Assembly: GCA_905178155.1 (NCBI GenBank) | Contig: CAJINV010000013.1 | Span: 1,678,281-1,742,280 of the forward strand | Direction: 5' to 3' | DNA length: 64,000 nt | Origin: Amoebophrya sp. A120 | Taxonomy: Eukaryota; Protista; Dinoflagellata | Part shown: in pieces, positions 59,020 to 64,000 of the stretch | How positions within the stretch are numbered: the stretch's first letter is position 1 | How the letters are laid out: every line of letters begins with the position of its first letter | Made by a program: the position numbers and the translations under genes | The notes under the pieces: generated by a model | Told to the model about the DNA's origin: nothing | What the model saw: only the letters and a program-made list of their open reading frames with translations | Database searches by the model: none

Positions 59020-60449
59020 GTACTTATTGAGTTAGTTTGTCTTGGTGCCCGCACGCCGGAAACATGACAACGATAGAAGAGGCAGTACGAAGGCAATGTT
59101 TCAAACGTCGCCTTCGTACTGCCTCTTCTATCGTTGTCATGTGTAGTGAGGTCGTCAAGCCGCAATGTGTTGCGTTTGCCGTGGAGGCTTTGACATACAC
59201 AACAAAAGAACGCACAGTACTACAGGTCTCTGCGCACTGGTTATCAAAATGAAAAATCCCCTTTCCCGATACTCAAACGGAGATTTGTGTAGCGCAATTT
59301 CCTGCAACACATGTAAAAAATGGGGCCGGGGGATTTTTCTTCTCAACACCACGTGTGGCGTTGGTGCTCCTCTTCACGGGGGGGCTGCTGCAAGAAGTGC
59401 AGGCCAACGAGGCGGAGCAAGGTCCAGGGCATACGCTAAGCGAGGAACAACGTCCCAGCGTGGTGGTGGTACAGCAGGCCGGGAACGAACAATCGTGGCT
59501 GCTTTCCGACTATGCATTGCAGATACGTCTGAGTCTGCAACAATCCAATGCAGCTTTTTATGCTAAAGCTGGATCGCACAAGAATCTGTGTTGCATGGAC
59601 GCCGAAATTTGCCACCTTGTTGCTACGCATAGCGGGAATTTTTTATTCTGTGGGATGGGCATTACGAACAAGCTCTCGTCACAGAATAATCTGTGCGGTT
59701 TTTCATGTGCATTCTTTCCAGATCACCTATGTTGCTCCAGGAGACCCACCCAGACATATTTATTTGCAAGTCATACCGACCGCGCCCCTGCGCCCGAAAG
59801 TAGTGGCGAGGAGCAGGATCACGAGAACGAGCCGCTGACTGGGGTGGTGCCAGTATTTTCCCAGCACGAAACACCACAACTACCGCTGCGGCCTCCATCT
59901 GATACAACGGAAGCGTTTCTGCAGAGCAATGTTGATGAAGCGCAGTATACTGCGTTTGATGAAGAATTTTTACCGGCTACACGTGTGGCGAAGACTTCTA
60001 CACACGACCTGCCATCGCCGGCGGCTCCACTGGATGGAGAGGAAGTGGCTACAACAGGTGGAAAGCTTGGTGTTGCGCAGGCGACAGCGACTGATGCTGC
60101 AGGAGAACAACCGACCACATCCGGCGGAGCAAACGGGAACCACGAGCAACAACAACAACTGCACCAGCAAGTCGACTACAACGAGGCGCCGACCTCTCGG
60201 GAGGAGGAGGAGCAGGAGCAGCAGGAGTGGCTTCAGATTGGTGCAACAGCGGAAAAGAGAAGCAGAGCACCAGTGGCCAGTGCCGTTGTAGCAAAGGGCT
60301 CAAGCTCAGAGTCTTCAGAGCCGGAACAACAAAAAGAGGAACTAGTACAACTGCTGCAACATCAGGTGGCGGCGATGGCGCAGCAAAGTTTGCAGATGCA
60401 GGCATCGACTCCAGTGCCATTTGGTGTGTCGTTCCGAGTCGCTGCGTGA
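58977..60449 (+). CDS. Putative secreted acidic/Gln-rich orphan protein (~294 aa) with a TMEM14-derived N-terminus
   Basis: MLPRYLITKAFMPA|GLCALV|VALVLLFTGGLLQEVQANEAEQ... in frame across GT-AG intron 59020-59225 and elements 59242-59348 and 59511-59775. Confidence 0.6.
59062..59142. repeat. Perfect 33-bp inverted repeat (hairpin) inside an intron
   Basis: ACATGACAACGATAGAAGAGGCAGTACGAAGGC (59062-94) and its reverse complement (59110-42). Confidence 0.92.
59242..59348. mobile_element. Short family B element / non-canonical intron
   Basis: TATCAAAATGAAAAATCCCC start and GGGGATTTTTCTTCTCAACA end. Absent from the paralogous TMEM14 exon 2. Confidence 0.8.
59511..59775. mobile_element. Family A-like element / non-canonical intron (in frame, stop-free)
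   Basis: Perfect DR CCGAC, TATG...CATA ends, internal AATCTGTGTTGCATG shared with the 26217 copy. Confidence 0.85.
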
Positions 60450-60705
60450 CAGAGTTCTCAGGCGCTTATTTGAAGCAAGATACAACTTCCATTGTGTTTA
60501 GGGCAAAGGGTGTTTAGGGCAAAGGAGTGCCCTTTTGTCATGCTGGTCAGCACCCCGATTCGTGACCCTGAGCAGAACGACTACTGTCTTCGTTAATCGT
60601 GTCCGCTACAGGTGCAGCGCAAGTATTTTTTAGCTTTTGTGGTTTCGTTCGCTTTAGGATCGCCAGTCGTTTTCACTTTGTCGCTTTTCAACCTGGCGCT
60701 CCCAT

Positions 60706-62046
60706 ATGGTGCACCTCCTTTGCGGGTTCGCGGCTTCGCTCATTGTCGTCGCGCTGCCCATTTCCTTGGTCTTTTTCCCGAAAGAGTACCACCCAGAAGG
60801 AGAATCCGAGGGCGGCGAGTATGATGTTAGTCCGGGACCACAGCTGGACGCGACCGCTGGGGCCGATGGTGATCAAGCAGACCTTCTTCCGGCCGACCGC
60901 CCGAATCCACCGCCGGCGAAGAAAGAAAAGTACTGGCTGCTTCCCTGGGATTTTGCACGAAAAGGCACGCTGTCAAGTGTGTGTCAGCGAGGCGATAGCA
61001 CGGAGGGTAAGATTTTCACGACCGGTCTGGTGATAGCTGAAATTTGCGTACTGCTGTCGCGCTACACACTGATCGTGTACGATCGTAGCTGCAGCGGGTT
61101 GAGCAACGAGGACGTCAAACTTGACGTCATTTCCACCGAGTCTTTTACCGATCTGGCGCTTCGTGTGGTTTGGCTGATCGTTCCGCCTGTCCTCATGATC
61201 ATCACGGCTGCGGTGCCGAGCAACAGTTTCAGGACGAACGCTCCGAACGCAGCACCGACGACGACGGCAGGACAGGCAGCAGGTTCGGGAAGTAGCAACG
61301 ACCGAAATCGGGTTTCGGTGATACATGAGGAGCATACTCGGAGTTGGTCGCAGGCGCTTCATAGAACTGTTCTTGCCGCGATGGGGCTCCGCTTAATTTT
61401 CGAAACGCGGCAATTGTTTGAAGAAGGTATGGACATCCCGGCGGTTCTGTTTGGGGTATCAGATCCACTGGATGAGAAGGAGTTAGCATTCTGGGTCAGC
61501 GCGGGCGACCAACAAGTGGTGAGGCGATGCACGGACCCAAGAGCGCGGACTTTCTGGATACAGGCGTATCGGGGCTATCATTTGGGTCGAGTGGTGTGCC
61601 TCTTTCTCGGGTGGCTCTTTTCACTACTTTTCTCGGTCCTGGTCTTCACCGCCGACCGCTCGGCTGACGACCATCCAGACGGTGTTGTGGCCTATCTCGA
61701 AGGCGGGCGTCTGGTTCCACACTCGGCGAGCCTGATTCTTCCGCGCCTCGCGTTTACGACCGAAATTCTTGCCATGCTCACGGTGCAGGTGCTGCCCCTC
61801 TGGCCCGTTCTTCTGAAGGTAATGCGGTACTTTGCAAACGTCGCGTCCTGGATCCCGCCACTGACGCCGTTCGCAACTCTGCGGGAAATTTCGTACTGGT
61901 TTGTGGCTTTGGATCTGCCAAAGTGCGGTCATTATTTTGATGCGCAAAAAAATTGTGAAAAGCCTATGGACAAGATATCTTCATATGTCGCGCCCACTTT
62001 TAACACATCTTCTGTCTCCTGGTGGGAGCATAGCTGGATAGTATAA
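60706..62046 (+). CDS. Multi-pass membrane protein (446 aa), family uncertain
   Basis: About 6 hydrophobic segments, for example KIFTTGLVIAEICVLLS and VVCLFLGWLFSLLFSVLVF. The 5' end may be spliced. Confidence 0.7.
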   Translation: MVHLLCGFAASLIVVALPISLVFFPKEYHPEGESEGGEYDVSPGPQLDATAGADGDQADLLPADRPNPPPAKKEKYWLLPWDFARKGTLSSVCQRGDSTEGKIFTTGLVIAEICVLLSRYTLIVYDRSCSGLSNEDVKLDVISTESFTDLALRVVWLIVPPVLMIITAAVPSNSFRTNAPNAAPTTTAGQAAGSGSSNDRNRVSVIHEEHTRSWSQALHRTVLAAMGLRLIFETRQLFEEGMDIPAVLFGVSDPLDEKELAFWVSAGDQQVVRRCTDPRARTFWIQAYRGYHLGRVVCLFLGWLFSLLFSVLVFTADRSADDHPDGVVAYLEGGRLVPHSASLILPRLAFTTEILAMLTVQVLPLWPVLLKVMRYFANVASWIPPLTPFATLREISYWFVALDLPKCGHYFDAQKNCEKPMDKISSYVAPTFNTSSVSWWEHSWIV

Positions 62047-62449
62047 ATGACGGTCGTGGGTGCGAAGGCCTTTGGGCCGTGCCGAAAGGAAAGAGACCGC
62101 GCTTCAAATGGAAGAAGTCGTCGGCATACCGCTGCGGGCGGACGATCCTCGGTCATTGGCCAGGGCCGCCAGTGATGCTGTCGCTTATTTATCGACACCA
62201 GGCGACTTCAACGACGCGTTATTGTTCGACGTGCGTCCTCTCGTCAATCTTTTTTGCTGAAGTATCTTGGAAATTAATGCATTATGCGCACTGTATTTGC
62301 GGGCAAATAAGCCGACGCTTCGGTTCTTTTCGTGATTTTCACTTCAGCATTCAGCTTGGGCGAAAAGTCGCAAGAAGCTAAATTGCTAATATGACAACTC
62401 CAAGCATACTAACTCACCGTAAATAAATTTGATTTCGGAAGAGCAAACC

Positions 62450-62970
62450 ATGCCGGGTCCTCAAGGCGTTGCGCACCTTAATATCACTGCGGGCACGCTA
62501 GTGGCCGTTGGTGGTATAATGGGTTACACGCGGAAAAAGTCCCTACCCTCCCTCGTCGCGGGAGTGTTGCTTGGGGCAGCGTACTACGGAAGTGCGTATT
62601 TGGTCGACCGAGTAGACCCCGTCAAGGGATTCCAAGCGGGCGCAGCGACCTCGGCGTTTCTGACCGCCGCGATGCTGCCACGATACCTAAAAACCAAAGC
62701 CTTCATGCCTGCAGGTAAAAAATGGTTAGTTTGTCTTGTAGTTTCCCGCACTTCGGCGAGCGTTGCCGTTTCAATAAATAACTGCCTTTTCTAACGTTGT
62801 CGTACGTATTAGTGAGGCCGCCAAGCCGCGATGGATGTGTTGTATCTTTTTGTAGAGTCATGGACAAAAAGTATTTTGTCGCAACCAAACCGCCAGGTCT
62901 CTGCGCACTGATTGGCGTCGGCGCTGGAGCTTACAACGGGTGGCAGTTGGCACGATATACGGCGAATTGA
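62450..62970 (+). CDS. TMEM14: TMEM14 family small membrane protein (112 aa, one GT-AG intron 62715-62896)
   Basis: GTLVAVGGIMGYTRKKSLPSLVAG and RYLKTKAFMPAGL are TMEM14 signature segments. Confidence 0.93.
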
Positions 62971-64000
62971 GCTCCTTTGGTGTTTGAAACAAGTGCCATC
63001 CTTCTCGTGTGCGGCTTCTGTGTCATTTGTTTTAACCCACGCCAAAAAACCGAAAATGCAGATGGGCCAGCGCGATCGTCCTTTTTATGTGCTAGAAGTG
63101 CTCCTGCCCCATTTGTGCATTGTAGAAAAAATCTCTGTCCACGTCCACTCCGCCCTTCGCGTGGGTGTCAGGCCGTCGGGTGAAGGCAGTCGTACAGCTG
63201 TTTCAACTTTATTTTCTAAAATTGGCTGACTGAGTGCTTGAGTGAGGGAAGGTACTCGAGTCGGTGCTACGAACGAAGATCTTGTCTCTTCGAAGTTCAT
63301 CCTATCCAAATTGAGATTTTTACTTAGCACTATCGGTTCACTTCTATTATCGGTGGAAGTACTTAGTAAAATGGATCATCTGTCACAGTCAGTGTGGAGA
63401 ATTTTGACACAAATAAAGCAATTTACGGTCGAAAAAATCCTCTGTGATCAGAGTGACGAGGGCGGTTCGGTGAGTAGACTTTCGCAGGACTGCTCAAGAT
63501 TTTTTCTTTGTGTCGTACACTTAATGTCTATAAAAAAAAAATCCAATAGAAATTCTCCAACGCCCAAATAGAGATTCTCCGTATAGAGAATCTCCCGCGT
63601 CGAATCTATCGGCTCCCGCTTTGTCTTCGGTTGCGTCTGCTCTTCGCCTTCGCCTGGCGCAAAGAAAAGCTGTTGACCTTCCTCTGGCGCAAAAGGCCGC
63701 TCTCGCTTGACTTTTCAAAGTGCTCTTTTTGTTCCGTGCCCATGGACGGGGAAAAAAGTTCCTGTGCATGTTTCGGCCCCCGGGGGTTCAGCTTTTTCAT
63801 TCTTTATTTGCCCGCCGTCAGTTGCGGGGAAAGAAAGAATAACTCCGCACCGACCTGGCGGCCGGCGTAGGGGAAATAGAGAATATTGCGCACACTGTGC
63901 GCGCGCGGGCTTCTTTTTGAGCGGCCAGACGTTCTTGTTCGCCGATGCGCGGCATCTGGCGGCGTGGCGGAAATGAAAAAAATTTCTGCGCGCTGCGTCG

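Noticed and set aside
60450-60711. Splicing of ORF 59355-60449 to membrane protein 60706-62046 via a GT-AG intron and a TAT...ATA element at 60624-60706
   Set aside because: Frame-compatible, but there is no TIR or DR support, so it is left as two models.
1-64000. tRNA, rRNA, snRNA genes, dinoflagellate spliced-leader relics or a transposase ORF
   Set aside because: None recognised by eye. Covariance and HMM searches would be needed to exclude them.

Overview
Eukaryotic (alveolate-like) genomic DNA. Gene content and intron style resemble the syndinian dinoflagellate parasite Amoebophrya; this assignment is an inference. Genes lie in two unidirectional blocks: minus strand to about 18.1 kb and plus strand from about 23.7 kb. 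Between them is a palindrome-rich, gapped strand-switch region. Recognisable genes are a RAP-domain protein, dyskerin/Cbf5, a UBE2Z-like E2 enzyme, a Bud23-like methyltransferase, TMEM14 and a SAM + His-Cys-box-like protein. Several orphan secreted or membrane proteins are also present. The dominant hidden structure is about 31 short (107-690 bp) elements with terminal inverted repeats (TIRs) reading TAT...ATA, flanked by 5-bp direct repeats (13 perfect, the rest decayed). Thirty interrupt coding sequence, and by manual translation removing the element plus 5 nt restores the reading frame in all 30, on both strands, without GT-AG ends. They therefore behave as transposon-derived non-canonical introns (introners) that coexist with ordinary GT-AG introns. 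Other highlights are a 1-6 nt micro-exon between two introners, a 345-bp foldback element, and an apparently new secreted-protein gene whose signal peptide derives from a dead TMEM14 duplicate. All splice models were derived by hand from sequence and need transcript confirmation.
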